From positions 3,104,001 to 3,168,000 of the forward strand of contig CAWJET010000001.1 in assembly GCA_963842085.1 (NCBI GenBank): a DNA stretch of 64,000 nt, in the 5' to 3' direction. The notes beneath the pieces were generated by a model, which was given only the letters and a program-made list of their open reading frames with translations, was not told the DNA's origin and did not search any database. The translations under genes were made by a program, and so were the position numbers. Source of the stretch: an uncultured delta proteobacterium (GTDB taxonomy: Bacteria; Desulfobacterota; Binatia; Binatales; Binataceae). Within the stretch, counting starts at the first letter, position 1. Each line of letters opens with the position of its first letter. Shown here one piece after another: positions 48,636 to 58,964 of the stretch.

Positions 48636-48962
48636 ATGCCCAGCAAATTGTACGTAGGCAATCTGGCCTACTCGGTGTCCAACAGCGATCTGGAGGAACT
48701 GTTTTCACAAGCAGGCCAGGTCCAAAGCGTGGCGGTAATCACGGATAAATTTTCCGGCCAATCGAAGGGCTTCGGCTTCGTCGAGATGGCGAATGCGGAA
48801 GAGGCTTCCAAGGCAATTCAGACCCTGAATGACACGGAACTGAAGGGCAGAAACATCAAGGTTAGCGAGGCCAAGCCCCGCGAATCGAGCTTCGGCGGCG
48901 GCGGTGGCAACCGGCGCGGCGGCGGCGACAATCGCGGCGGCGGAGGCGGCGGCCGCTGGTAA
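48636..48962 (+). CDS. RRM RNA-binding protein with Gly-rich tail
   Basis: LYVGNL (RNP2), KGFGFVEM (RNP1). Confidence 0.95.
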   Translation: MPSKLYVGNLAYSVSNSDLEELFSQAGQVQSVAVITDKFSGQSKGFGFVEMANAEEASKAIQTLNDTELKGRNIKVSEAKPRESSFGGGGGNRRGGGDNRGGGGGGRW

Positions 48963-48974
48963 ATTGATCTGAGG

Positions 48975-49009
48975 CTGGGCGGGCACCCAATGCCCGCTCA
49001 GTCGTTTTC
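48975..49009 (+). terminator. Putative intrinsic terminator
   Basis: ctgggcgggca-ccca-atgcccgctcag then gtttt. Confidence 0.55.
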
Positions 49010-49114
49010 AGGGGTCGCGTGGACTCTGAGTCCCGCTGCCTCGCCAATTCAAATTGTCTTCGAGCTCCCGTCCCGGGAAATGGCAGGAGTTCGCACGTCG
49101 TACGAGGAGGTTCG

Positions 49115-49435
49115 GTGCCCAGAATATATGTAGGAAATCTCGCCGAGTCAGTTACGCGCGACGATCTGCGGGCGCTATTCTCCAAAATCGGCCGGGTAAG
49201 CGGCGCGCTGGTGATCACCGACCGGGTTACCGGCAAATCAAGGGGCTTCGGCTTCGTCGAGATGGTCGAAGTCGATGATGCGATTAACGCGGCCGTCTAC
49301 TTCAGCGGCACCGAGCTCGAAGGCCGCAAGATTCACGTCGATCCATACCGTCCGCAGGAACCCGGCGCGCAAAAGTATCGCGGCGAACGCAAGCGGCGCG
49401 CGCCCGTCAAGCGCAGCAGCAACGGCGCCGGCTAG
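49115..49435 (+). CDS. Second RRM RNA-binding protein with basic tail
   Basis: GTG start after gaggagg; IYVGNL, RGFGFVEM. Confidence 0.9.
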   Translation: MPRIYVGNLAESVTRDDLRALFSKIGRVSGALVITDRVTGKSRGFGFVEMVEVDDAINAAVYFSGTELEGRKIHVDPYRPQEPGAQKYRGERKRRAPVKRSSNGAG

Positions 49436-49476
49436 CAGAGCAGCATCGGAGTTGGACAGTTCAAGCAGGAGGCTAT

Positions 49477-49767
49477 ATGCGCGATGAAGGGTTGACGCCG
49501 TGGCGAACGCACGACTGGAAGGTTCGCACCATCGAATCGATTGCCCCGGGAGGCGGTTCGCGGCTCGCCTTTACCTGCAGGAGCTGCGGCCGGGTGTTCA
49601 ATCAAACTACGATCAACAGCCGGACCTGGGCGGTTGATGCGGGCGGCGTTGCGCTGTCCGATACGGTTACGACGCGATGGCTCGCGGAAAGCTGCCCGCG
49701 TCGCCCGGCAGACGGCGACGAGGACGACCGCAAGCAATTCAAGAACGGTCCCACGCTTCAAAACTGA
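49477..49767 (+). CDS. Small hypothetical protein, possible Zn-binding (H...CxxC...C)
   Basis: SD aggagg; HDW...CRSC...SCP. Confidence 0.65.
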   Translation: MRDEGLTPWRTHDWKVRTIESIAPGGGSRLAFTCRSCGRVFNQTTINSRTWAVDAGGVALSDTVTTRWLAESCPRRPADGDEDDRKQFKNGPTLQN

Positions 49768-49790
49768 CAATTTTTCGAACGGTGACGCGA

Positions 49791-50447
49791 TTGAAATTGA
49801 ATTTACCAACAGTCGCGCTCGGCGCGCTGATTTTATGTGCGACTACCGCTCCCGCGTTTGCGCAAGCCCTGGCGCAGGCATCTGTTCCACCCGACGCGAC
49901 GGATTCGGTGAAATCGATCATCGACCAGTCAATCGTCGTCTTCAAGGACACCCACATTCCCACGGCTGAGCGCGAGCAGAAACTTCGCGCGATTGCCGAG
50001 AGCCACTTCGATTTTGCCGAGATGTCGCAATCGGCGATCGGCTACCACTGGAAGACTTTCACTCCCGCGCAAAAGAGCGAGTTCGTGCCGTTGTTCACGG
50101 CGTTTATCGAAGACGCGTATTTGTCGCGGATCGAATCGTATTCGGTCGAGAAGATTAACCAGCAGATACAATCCTCGATAATTCAATTCACCCGGCAAAC
50201 CAACGACGGCCCCGACTACGCCGAAGTTTACAGCACGGTCGTGTTGAAGGATCAAAAGGATCCGATTCCCGTCAACTACCTGATGCGCCGCGACGCGGAC
50301 GAGTGGAAGATTTACGACATCACGATCGACGCGATCAGCGTGATCGCCAACTACCGCAACCAGTTCAATCGCGTGCTCAACAACGACGGCTACGACAAAC
50401 TCGTAAGCCTGATCCGCCAGAAGACCGCAGGCCTCCAGCGCAACTAG
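49791..50447 (+). CDS. MlaC/Ttg2D family lipid-binding periplasmic protein
   Basis: FDFAEMS...IG.HW, WKIYDI.ID.IS...NYR.QF; start approximate. Confidence 0.9.
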   Translation: MKLNLPTVALGALILCATTAPAFAQALAQASVPPDATDSVKSIIDQSIVVFKDTHIPTAEREQKLRAIAESHFDFAEMSQSAIGYHWKTFTPAQKSEFVPLFTAFIEDAYLSRIESYSVEKINQQIQSSIIQFTRQTNDGPDYAEVYSTVVLKDQKDPIPVNYLMRRDADEWKIYDITIDAISVIANYRNQFNRVLNNDGYDKLVSLIRQKTAGLQRN

Positions 50448-50545
50448 CGAAGCGGCGCGACAGTGTCGATGCGCGCCTGCGTTATTGCTTGCCCTCTTGT
50501 CATCTCCTAATCGGGCGAGACCAGGGAGGGGCGCATCGACGGCGG

Positions 50546-51637
50546 CTACGGCTTCAGTGCTATATGGATCGCTTCTTCGCCGGGGACCTTTCCGGCCAGC
50601 ATGTTGATCGCGCGTTCCGCCTGTTCGAGCGGGAGCGTGTGAGTGTGCATCTTTTCGAGCGGATAGCGCCCCGACTCGATGATCCGAATCGCGGGACCAT
50701 AGCCGCGAAAGTCGACCCCTAGCGCGCCTTGCACCCGGATCTCCTTGAAGATGATCTTGTCGCTCGCCAGTTCCGGGACGGGCTTGGTCTTTACGCCTGC
50801 CAGTATCACCGTGCCGCCACGTTTCACCATGTCGATCGCCTGAACGACCGTGCTGGTCGAGTACGCGGCCACGTCCACGACCACATCTGCGCCCTTGCCG
50901 CCGGTGATCTCGCGCACGGCCTTCACCGGGTCATCCGCGTCGACGTTGATGGTGTGCGTGGCGCCGAATTCGGAAGCGAGCGCGAGCTTGCGCTTGTCCC
51001 GCGCGAGTCCGGTCACAATGATTTTTCCGGCGCCCGCCTCCTTGCAGGCAATCACGCTGGCGAGTCCGCGCTGCCCCGGTCCCAGGATCGCGACCGTGTC
51101 ACCGATACTGGTGCCGGGCATCTGCACGGCCCAGCGAATTCCCGCGCCGAGCGGATTAAACATCACCGCCAACTCCGCGGGTATCGATTTGGAGACTTTG
51201 TGCAGGACGGTATGCGGGTCCAGGTACATGTACTGCGCATAGCCGCCCCACAGCGCGGGCTTCACGTCGATCGGCGTGTAGCCATACGCGGACATCCGGC
51301 CCTTGCCGGTGCAGAGCCGGTACGCGCCCGACAAGCACTGCGTGCAGTACCCGCACGGCAGCAGCACTTCGACGGCGACGCGGTCGCCTTCGGCGACACC
51401 CCATCGTTTGGCCGCGAGCGGACCGATCTTTTCGATGATACCCAGCGGTTCGTGTCCGGGGATTACCGGTGACGAGATCGCGATGCCGCCCTCGTATTGC
51501 TCGTAGTCGCTGCCGCAGATTCCGCAGACCTCGAGCTTCAGGAGTGCGTCGTCGGCGGCGATCTCGGGCAGCGGGAATTCGCGCATCTCGAGCTTGCGGG
51601 CACCGGTCTGAACAATCGCCATACTGCTGGCGGCCAT
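50546..51637 (-). CDS. Zinc-binding (MDR) dehydrogenase
   Basis: CGICGSD, GHE, CGYCTQC, GPGQRG. Confidence 0.92.
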   Translation of the reverse strand: MAASSMAIVQTGARKLEMREFPLPEIAADDALLKLEVCGICGSDYEQYEGGIAISSPVIPGHEPLGIIEKIGPLAAKRWGVAEGDRVAVEVLLPCGYCTQCLSGAYRLCTGKGRMSAYGYTPIDVKPALWGGYAQYMYLDPHTVLHKVSKSIPAELAVMFNPLGAGIRWAVQMPGTSIGDTVAILGPGQRGLASVIACKEAGAGKIIVTGLARDKRKLALASEFGATHTINVDADDPVKAVREITGGKGADVVVDVAAYSTSTVVQAIDMVKRGGTVILAGVKTKPVPELASDKIIFKEIRVQGALGVDFRGYGPAIRIIESGRYPLEKMHTHTLPLEQAERAINMLAGKVPGEEAIHIALKP

Positions 51638-51646
51638 GACGTCCTC

Positions 51647-52524
51647 CTATTCCGGCAGCACGATTCTGTAGATCACCGAGCCGAACGCGATGGTACGTGG
51701 TCGGGCGTCAGCACGTCGACCCGATTGAAGAATATCTCCTTGCGGCGGCCGACCGTGTGCGCATATGCGATCGCGTCTTTGCCGGCCGGAGACGAGCAGA
51801 AGCTCGCGTCGATCGAAACGGTCGAGACCTTCATTCCCGGCTTCGGCCGGACGTTGGACCACGCGGCGAGCGCACCGGCGGTGTCGATCAGCGCGCCGAG
51901 CGCGCCCTCATGGATCGAACCGTCGCTCGCGCGGATATCGTCGCGCACCGGCATGGTCAACTTGGAGTGGCCGTCCATGAAACGATCGAGCCGGATGCCC
52001 AGTGCGCTGATGAACGGTGCACTGGCGAGCGCGCGCGCGATCGAAGGCATCTCGCCTTGCTGCGCCAGTCCACGCTCGGCGGCGACCCGGGCCGGCGACG
52101 GGTCTTCGGAAGGGACGGTGCGAAACACGACCATCGCGGATGCCAGCGCCTTGCCGTCGGCCGAGATGAGCGAGCAGCGCACGTGAGTCAGTTCCTTGCC
52201 GCGCCGCGCGACCTGGCCCTCGGCGAGCATTCCTTCGCCGACGGCCGACGACAGATAGGTCACGTTGAGCTCGACGCTGCCCGCTGAGAACGGCGCCGCG
52301 AGCTCGCACACCGAGAGCGCGGCCACGCGGCCGGCGATACCCAGCATCGACGACATCACGCCGCCACGCACCTGGCGGCCGGGATTGCTGACCTCGTCGC
52401 GATAGGGAAGCTCGAGTCGCGCGGAGCCAGACTCGACGCCGAGCGCCCGCACGCCGAGAAATCGGCAGTACGGTTCATTCAGCGCGGCGTCGACCAGGTT
52501 GCGAGCGTTGGCGGCAATTGGCAT
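51647..52524 (-). CDS. Tandem PaaI thioesterase with an apparent 1-bp frameshift near the 3' end
   Basis: Two hotdog domains; the natural-looking C-terminus TIAFGSVIYRIVLPE* is in another frame and ends at 51647, next to the downstream SD. Confidence 0.8.
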
Positions 52525-52540
52525 GCAAATCGTACCTCGG

Positions 52541-53101
52541 CTAGATCCTGGCGCGCGGCGCCTGGCCCTCGGGCCAACCGGGCACGCCGCTGTCGAGCGG
52601 GACCGCAGCCGCCTTCAGATAGAGCGCGAAGAATCTCCAGTTCGCGGTCACCGCCAGCAACTCGATTAACTGCGGCGTGTCGAACGCCTTGGCGAGCGTG
52701 TCCCAGGTCGCGGGGGAGATCTCGGTTCCGCGCATCAGCTCGTCCGTGAGCCTGAGCACTGCGCGATCGGTCTCATTGTACGACTTGCACGACTCGGGAT
52801 CGCGCACGCCCAGAATGTCTTCGTCGGGGATCTTGAGGCGCCGTGCCACCGCGGCGTGCTGGCAGAACTCGTACTCGGAACCGCTGAGCCATCCGGTGCG
52901 CAGGATTACCAGCTCGCGCACGCGCGGGTCCAATGAGCCTTCGAACAGCAGCGTGACAAGCAGCTTCCCCACTGCGCCCGCCGTCTTGGGATTGTTGAGC
53001 AACGAACGGAACGCGTTGACGCCGGCGAGGTCCGGGCGGATTCCCACCTCCGCGGCGCGTCGTTTGGATTCGTCGGGCGCAAGCAATGGAATCATGACCA
53101 C
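52541..53101 (-). CDS. Carboxymuconolactone decarboxylase/AhpD-like protein
   Basis: LDPRVRELVILRTG...YEFCQH. Confidence 0.88.
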   Translation of the reverse strand: MVMIPLLAPDESKRRAAEVGIRPDLAGVNAFRSLLNNPKTAGAVGKLLVTLLFEGSLDPRVRELVILRTGWLSGSEYEFCQHAAVARRLKIPDEDILGVRDPESCKSYNETDRAVLRLTDELMRGTEISPATWDTLAKAFDTPQLIELLAVTANWRFFALYLKAAAVPLDSGVPGWPEGQAPRARI

Positions 53102-53287
53102 ATCCTCTTACATGTCGCGATGCGAGCAACGAGCACTGGAATCGTCACGACACTAAACCCTGGCCGATGGTTTTCCAAGAAGTGATTTTCTGCCGCCGCG
53201 CCAGCAGTTCGTGATGATGTGTGCGAGAGCGAAGCGTTGCTACAATCAATTTTCCTCTTAAAATGCACGGCGAAATGAGGTTACGCG

Positions 53288-53836
53288 ATGATTCTGAAAG
53301 TTGCCCGTCTCGGATTCCCGTCGCTTCGGACCGTTGCCAGCCCGGTGCCGGCCGATCGGATCAAGAGCAAAGAGTTCCAGCGGCTGATCGACGACATGAT
53401 CGAGACGATGTACGAGTACAGCGGCGTCGGCCTCGCCGCCCCGCAGGTGCATCTGCCGATCCAACTGGCGGTGCTCGAAGTGCATGACCATCCGCGATAC
53501 CCCGACATGTCGGAGGTGCCGCTGACGGTGCTCGTCAACCCGGTGGTGACGATTCTGGACCGGACGTTCGTCGAGGACTGGGAAGGATGTCTGAGCGTGC
53601 CGGAGCTTCGGGGGCGCGTGCCGCGATTCAAGCAGCTACGCGTGACAGCGCTGGGGCGCGACGCAGAGCCGATGGAGATTGTCGCGTCGGATTTTCACGC
53701 GCGCGTAATACAGCATGAGACGGATCATCTGAAGGGCGAAATTTACCTGGACCGGATGCCGGATATGCGAGCGCGGGGGTTTTTGCAGGAATGGCAGAGA
53801 TACATGCTGAAGGAGGAGGGGGAGAAGAAGGAGTAA
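53288..53836 (+). CDS. def: Peptide deformylase
   Basis: GVGLAAPQ, EGCLS, QHETDHL. Confidence 0.97.
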   Translation: MILKVARLGFPSLRTVASPVPADRIKSKEFQRLIDDMIETMYEYSGVGLAAPQVHLPIQLAVLEVHDHPRYPDMSEVPLTVLVNPVVTILDRTFVEDWEGCLSVPELRGRVPRFKQLRVTALGRDAEPMEIVASDFHARVIQHETDHLKGEIYLDRMPDMRARGFLQEWQRYMLKEEGEKKE

Positions 53837-53851
53837 AGGGGCCGAACGCGA

Positions 53852-54142
53852 CTACTTCGGCGGCGGGGGAACCACTGGCATCTTGCCGGTGGCCTTGAAG
53901 GTTGCGATCGCCTTGCGCATCTCTTCGTTCTGCGCGGCGAGAATGTTTTGCTCGTTCTGGACTTTCGAGAGTTCGGCTTTGAGCTGCTCGTTTTCATTTT
54001 GCAGCTTGAGCAGCGCGTCATTCAGCTGCGAGATCTGCTGGGTCTGCGCCTCGATGCGCGTGCGATAACTGCTCGAGTAGAAAAAGAACAGCAGCGCCGC
54101 GACTATCGCGACGATCAATCCGCCTATGAACAATCGTGCCAT
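53852..54142 (-). CDS. Small TM plus coiled-coil hypothetical protein
   Basis: N-terminal TM segment, Gln/Glu-rich heptads. Confidence 0.7.
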   Translation of the reverse strand: MARLFIGGLIVAIVAALLFFFYSSSYRTRIEAQTQQISQLNDALLKLQNENEQLKAELSKVQNEQNILAAQNEEMRKAIATFKATGKMPVVPPPPK

Positions 54143-54230
54143 CTACGCACCGTCCCTTGGAGGTGTCGAGCCGGTTCAGCCGGCGCGCGCATCGGGAAAC
54201 ATTAGCTCATCGGCAAGCAGAAAAACTGAA

Positions 54231-54260
54231 TTGACTTCCCTGGCCGGCCATTCCTAAAAT
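54231..54260 (+). promoter_or_regulatory. Putative sigma70 promoter of the Gld-like ABC operon
   Basis: TTGACT-N18-TAAAAT. Confidence 0.5.
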
Positions 54261-54378
54261 AACTGGATCGTACTTCTGGCCGGCCGCCGTTGGCACCACC
54301 TTGAGAATTATGCACACACCGCGGCGCCGATAACCTCGGGGTCGCTGAACTTCGCACACCGGCTTAAAGCAGGCTTTC

Positions 54379-55332
54379 ATGATAGAGGTCCAGGAGTTAA
54401 CCAAATATTTCGGCGCCACGCTTGCCGTAAACCACGTTTCGTTCAAGGTCGAGAAGGGCGAGATCATCGGATTGCTGGGTCCCAACGGGTCGGGCAAGAC
54501 GACGATCATGCGGATACTGACCGGATTTTTTCCGGCCACTTCCGGACGCGCGCTGATCGGCGGGCTTGACGTCGCCGAGCATTCGCTCGAGACGCGGCGG
54601 CGCGTCGGCTACCTGCCGGAAAACATGGTGCTGTACCCGGATCTCAGCGTCGATGCGCTGCTCGAATTCGGCGCGCGCGTGCGCGAAATCGATCCGAGGA
54701 CGACGCGCGATCGAATCGAATATTCGCTCGAGACCTGCGGGCTGAAGGACGTGCGGCGCAAGCTTATCGGCAAGCTGTCGAAGGGTTACCGGCAGCGCGT
54801 CGGAATCGCGCAGGCAATCCTGAGCGATCCCGAAGTGCTGATTCTCGACGAGCCGACGGTCGGGCTCGATCCACGGCAAGTGGTGGAAATCCGCGACCTG
54901 ATACGGTCGCTGGCGGGACATTCTACCGTGCTGCTCTCGACCCACATCCTGCCCGAGGTCAACATGACGTGCCGGCGCGTCGTGATTATCGATCGCGGAC
55001 GAATCGTCGCGCAGGACACGCCCGAGCACCTTACGGCGAAACTGCAGGGCACCGACCAGACGCTGATCACGGTGACCGGCCCGTCGCCGGCGGTGCGCGA
55101 GGCGCTGACCGCCGTCAAGTTCGTGCAGCGGCTCGAAGACCGTCCGGTCGACGGCGGCTCGAACGGCGTGTGCTCGTTCGTGGCGTACTCGAGCGGGCAT
55201 GGCGAAGAAGTCCGCTCGGCGCTGGCGGCGTGCGTCGTGCAGCACGGATGGGGTCTGCTCGAAATCAAACCGATGGCGCTCAGTCTTGAAGATTTGTTCA
55301 TGCGGCTCGTCACTAAGGAAGAGCGGGTCTAG
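54379..55332 (+). CDS. ABC transporter ATP-binding protein (GldA-like)
   Basis: GPNGSGKTT, LSKGYRQRVG, LDEPT, STHILPEV. Confidence 0.93.
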   Translation: MIEVQELTKYFGATLAVNHVSFKVEKGEIIGLLGPNGSGKTTIMRILTGFFPATSGRALIGGLDVAEHSLETRRRVGYLPENMVLYPDLSVDALLEFGARVREIDPRTTRDRIEYSLETCGLKDVRRKLIGKLSKGYRQRVGIAQAILSDPEVLILDEPTVGLDPRQVVEIRDLIRSLAGHSTVLLSTHILPEVNMTCRRVVIIDRGRIVAQDTPEHLTAKLQGTDQTLITVTGPSPAVREALTAVKFVQRLEDRPVDGGSNGVCSFVAYSSGHGEEVRSALAACVVQHGWGLLEIKPMALSLEDLFMRLVTKEERV

Positions 55333-55373
55333 GCGCGTCGTGCGCGAAGGATCAACGTTGGTTGAGGTAGTCG

Positions 55374-56210
55374 ATGTCTGACGGTGCAGCCACGCTTGAA
55401 GTGGCGGGTTCCGCCGCCGAGACCCGCCGTGCCGCGATTCGCGCCGCGGGGACGGGCTTTTCGGTGGGCCGGATGCTCGCGGTGACGCGCAAGGAATTGC
55501 GCTCGTATTTCGCCTTTCCGCTGGTCTACGTGTTGTCGGGCGTGTTCCTGGTGCTGGCGGGATACTACGCGTACACCGACATGGTGTTCTTCGTCACGAT
55601 CGCGTTCGCCCGCGACATCATCCAGAACTACTGGCAGTTGCTGTTCTCGGACATCCGGCTGTGCCTGCTGCTGACGCTGCCGTTTATCACGATGCGGTTG
55701 TTTGCGGAGGAGCGGAAGCTCGGCACGATCGAATTGCTCTACACGTATCCGCTGCGCGATGGCGAGATACTTGGCGGCAAGTACCTGGCGTCGGTCGCGA
55801 TCTTCATCATGATGCTGGTGCTGACGGTGCTGTACCCGGTTTACGTTTACGGCATCCACTCGTTCCCGCTGTTTCCGCTGGTCGCCGGCTACCTGGGCTT
55901 GCTGCTGATCGGGTGCGCGTTTATCGCGTGCGGCGTGTTCATTTCGTCGCTGTGCGAGAGCCAGGTGATGGCGGGGATGGGCACGATCACGCTGTTGCTG
56001 TTCTTCTGGATTCTCAACTGGAACGAGGCCGCGTTCACCAGCTCGTGGCTGCAACCGATGCGCGCGTTCTCGCTGTTCGATCAGTTCGGCGGCTTCGCCA
56101 AGGGCGTGATCGATCTCGATCACGTAACCTACTTCATTTTCTTCGTCATCTTTTTTCTGTTTCTCACGCAGCGCTCGATGGAGGCACGCAAGTGGACGGG
56201 CCGGCGCTAA
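55374..56210 (+). CDS. ABC permease (GldF-like)
   Basis: KELRSYF, TMRLFAEERKLGTIELL.T.P. Confidence 0.9.
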   Translation: MSDGAATLEVAGSAAETRRAAIRAAGTGFSVGRMLAVTRKELRSYFAFPLVYVLSGVFLVLAGYYAYTDMVFFVTIAFARDIIQNYWQLLFSDIRLCLLLTLPFITMRLFAEERKLGTIELLYTYPLRDGEILGGKYLASVAIFIMMLVLTVLYPVYVYGIHSFPLFPLVAGYLGLLLIGCAFIACGVFISSLCESQVMAGMGTITLLLFFWILNWNEAAFTSSWLQPMRAFSLFDQFGGFAKGVIDLDHVTYFIFFVIFFLFLTQRSMEARKWTGRR

Positions 56211-57628
56211 AGGAATCGACCACGGCCGGGCGCCGCTCGATCTGGATGAACTACGCGGTGCTGCTTTACACCGCGATCGCGTTCGGCGCCGTGCTGATCG
56301 TCGCCAACGGGATAATCTCCACGCGCAACGTCCGCTGGGATCTGACGCCGCAGAAACAATTTTCGCTCTCGGACTTCGACAAGCGCGTGCTCGGCGGACT
56401 GACGCACAACGTCAAGGTGATGGCGTTCGTGCGGACCGAGGATCCCGCCTACCTGGAGCTCGCGGACCTGCTGTTCCAGGCGGCCGCGTTCACGCCGCGC
56501 GTCACCTACCAGGTGATCGACGTCAACAAGGCGCCGGGGCTGGCGCGCGAGTACGGCGTGTCGAGTTACGGCGAGGTGGTGGTGGAATCGCAGGGGCGGC
56601 GCCGCGACTTCGACAACGCGCGCTCGGACGAGCTGATCCCGGCGATCCTGCAGATTTCCTCGGACGCCAACAAGCACATCTACTTCACCGTCGGGCATGG
56701 CGAGCGCGACCTGTTCAATACCGATCGCAGCCTGGGCTACTCGGAATGGCGCGGGCTGCTCGAACAGAACAACTATCAGATCGATAACGTCTCGCTGTTC
56801 GCCAGCGGCGTGCCCGACGACGCGAAGGTGGTGGTGTCGCTTGGGCCGCAAAAGGATTTTCTGCCCGAGGAATTGGCGGCGCTCGCCAAGTACCTGGGCC
56901 ACGGCGGCCATTACATCGCGATCATCGATCCCTATGGATCGCCATCGCTGGTCGAGTTCCTGAAAAAGTACTACCTCGATTTCATTCCGCAGGTCGTCGT
57001 TGATCCCGCGTATCGCCTGACCGCGGGCGAAATTCTCACGACGCAGATTCCGCTGCGCTCGGAAGATAATGCGATGAGCCGTTCGATGAGCGCGCCGGCG
57101 GTGTTCTCACTGGCGCGCGGCGTGATGATCGCCGGTGCGGTCGGCGCCATCGCGCCCGACGACTTGAAGGTCGCGGAAGAGAGCAAGTTCCTTTCGTCGT
57201 CGCATGAGAGCTGGGCGTCGGGCGATCCCAACGCGTTGACGACCGGAATCACCGAGTACAAGGCCGGCCGCGATATCAAGGGGCCGATTCCGGTGGCCTC
57301 CGAGCTGGATTTCGCGCCGGCGTCGAATCCGCACATCCCGGTGCAGCAGATGACGCGGCTGGTGGGGATCGGCAGCTCCGCCTTCGCCTCGAACCAGTTT
57401 ATCGAGATGCTCGGGAATCGCGATCTCGCGGTGAGCCTGATCAATGAGATGGCAGGCGATGAGATGCTGATCGCGAGCCGCGAACGGCTCAACAAGAGCG
57501 AAACCGCCGCCTTCTACATCAGCGATCAAGAGTCGCGGCACCTGCTGTTTTTCGGATCGGTGGTCGAACCGGCGATCCTCTTTCTGATCGCGATCACGGT
57601 CCTGGTGCGGCGGAGGTTTTTTGCGTGA
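56192..57628 (+). CDS. GldG-like ABC auxiliary protein
   Basis: WDLT...FSLS, IYFTVGHGE, GNRDL, C-terminal TM; GTG start after ggagg. Confidence 0.88.
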   Translation: MDGPALKESTTAGRRSIWMNYAVLLYTAIAFGAVLIVANGIISTRNVRWDLTPQKQFSLSDFDKRVLGGLTHNVKVMAFVRTEDPAYLELADLLFQAAAFTPRVTYQVIDVNKAPGLAREYGVSSYGEVVVESQGRRRDFDNARSDELIPAILQISSDANKHIYFTVGHGERDLFNTDRSLGYSEWRGLLEQNNYQIDNVSLFASGVPDDAKVVVSLGPQKDFLPEELAALAKYLGHGGHYIAIIDPYGSPSLVEFLKKYYLDFIPQVVVDPAYRLTAGEILTTQIPLRSEDNAMSRSMSAPAVFSLARGVMIAGAVGAIAPDDLKVAEESKFLSSSHESWASGDPNALTTGITEYKAGRDIKGPIPVASELDFAPASNPHIPVQQMTRLVGIGSSAFASNQFIEMLGNRDLAVSLINEMAGDEMLIASRERLNKSETAAFYISDQESRHLLFFGSVVEPAILFLIAITVLVRRRFFA

Positions 57629-58170
57629 GCGTGCGCCCGGCAATCTTCTACACGATCGTTTTTTTCATCCTGCTGCCGATTTACTTCTGGATTCAGCCGA
57701 GCATAAAGCCGGCGAGTGCGCTGGAGGAGACACAGGAGAGCCTGCTGAAGCTTGACGAGGGGATCGACGCGATCAGCCTTTCGAGCGGAGCGGAATCGCT
57801 GCGTTTCCAGAAGGCCAAGGACGGCAAGTTCTACGAGCTCGTAACCCCGCCGGGAAAATTTATCCCGCGTGACCTGATGGCAGCGATGGTCTCGCTGCTG
57901 ACCGGTGCGAAATCAGTCGAAGTGGTGGCGGACAATTCAAGTGACCTCGCGCAATTCGGACTCGACCATCCAAAGTCCGTGATGAGCATCGAGGCGCCCG
58001 GCAAGCCGCAGCCGATCAAGATCGCGTTCGGCAATGAAAACCCGACGCATACCGCGGTCTACGCGCAGATCGAGGGACTACCGAAAGTGTTTCTGCTCGG
58101 CGAGAACATCGAGTACTACCAATCGCTGATGTTCCAGTGGATCGAGGGCAAGCAGGGCAAGAACGCGTAA
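57625..58170 (+). CDS. DUF4340 domain protein
   Basis: LAQFGLDHP, FGNENP...YA; typical fourth gene of Gld-like ABC operons. Confidence 0.82.
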   Translation: MSVRPAIFYTIVFFILLPIYFWIQPSIKPASALEETQESLLKLDEGIDAISLSSGAESLRFQKAKDGKFYELVTPPGKFIPRDLMAAMVSLLTGAKSVEVVADNSSDLAQFGLDHPKSVMSIEAPGKPQPIKIAFGNENPTHTAVYAQIEGLPKVFLLGENIEYYQSLMFQWIEGKQGKNA

Positions 58171-58193
58171 ACGTAATAAGCTTCGTAGATGAC

Positions 58194-58964
58194 TTAGTCG
58201 CGATCGCTGCGATCGGCCAGTGACCCGTCAGCGCGCTTGTGCGGACTGTGAAACGCAACCAATCGAGCGTCTGTGTAAGCGACCGTCCCGTGGTGGTTGT
58301 AAACGAAGCTAGTGATCCCGACGCCTGGCACGATGCGGAAAGTCATATCGTCGGGTCCAGTGTGCTGGAAGATCTCCCATCCGCGTCCGCTCGACCCCTT
58401 CACCTCTTTGCTCACAAACCAGCAATACATATGTGCCGCGAGCAATTCGGGGCTGTCAGTGCCTTCCGCGGCGACGCAGTCGCCAACGTGAACAGGAAAT
58501 TTCAGGAGTAGTTCCCCCACTTCCTGGCCGCGGCTCGCCTTCGCCGCGAGCGTTTCGCCTTCAGCTTCACTATCGGCATCGGCTTCGAACAGGCCCTTGC
58601 CATTTTCGACCAGAACGGTGAAGCCGGGCGTGGTCTTGGGGTTGTACCAGGCGAGTTCAAATGGAAAGCCTTTAATCACAGCCGCTGTCAAACCCGGCGC
58701 GGAAAAAGTTTTCACGATCTCCGTAGTCCACCGAAGATTGCCGCTACGAACTCCAGGAACATCAGTATTCATCCACTTTGCGCGACCTGCATAGCTCCAA
58801 GTCGTTCCCTCACTTAAAGGGTAGATCGGATCGCGCTGGGCCGCCGATGCAAGCGCCGCAAAGGTGACTAGCGCGGCGATACTGCAGACGACCCGACAGG
58901 CGGCTTTTGTCCGACAAGCGAAGGGACGCGACATCCCACCGGTCCGCATTTCGCTACTTTTCAC
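58194..58964 (-). CDS. Hypothetical secreted protein
   Basis: Signal-like segment, YPLSEGTTWSY start of the mature part, PGVGI C-terminal motif. Confidence 0.65.
   Translation of the reverse strand: MKSSEMRTGGMSRPFACRTKAACRVVCSIAALVTFAALASAAQRDPIYPLSEGTTWSYAGRAKWMNTDVPGVRSGNLRWTTEIVKTFSAPGLTAAVIKGFPFELAWYNPKTTPGFTVLVENGKGLFEADADSEAEGETLAAKASRGQEVGELLLKFPVHVGDCVAAEGTDSPELLAAHMYCWFVSKEVKGSSGRGWEIFQHTGPDDMTFRIVPGVGITSFVYNHHGTVAYTDARLVAFHSPHKRADGSLADRSDRD

Noticed and set aside
53560-53836. Purine/G-rich skew in the 3' half of def
   Set aside because: The protein is intact, the skew is partly explained by the Glu/Lys tail, and no repeat or structure supports a separate element.
55661-56191. Apparent N-terminal extensions of GldG (and likewise YceI 25397, ParB 26436, ORF 60017)
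   Set aside because: These are open-frame overlaps with neighbouring genes; better starts exist downstream.
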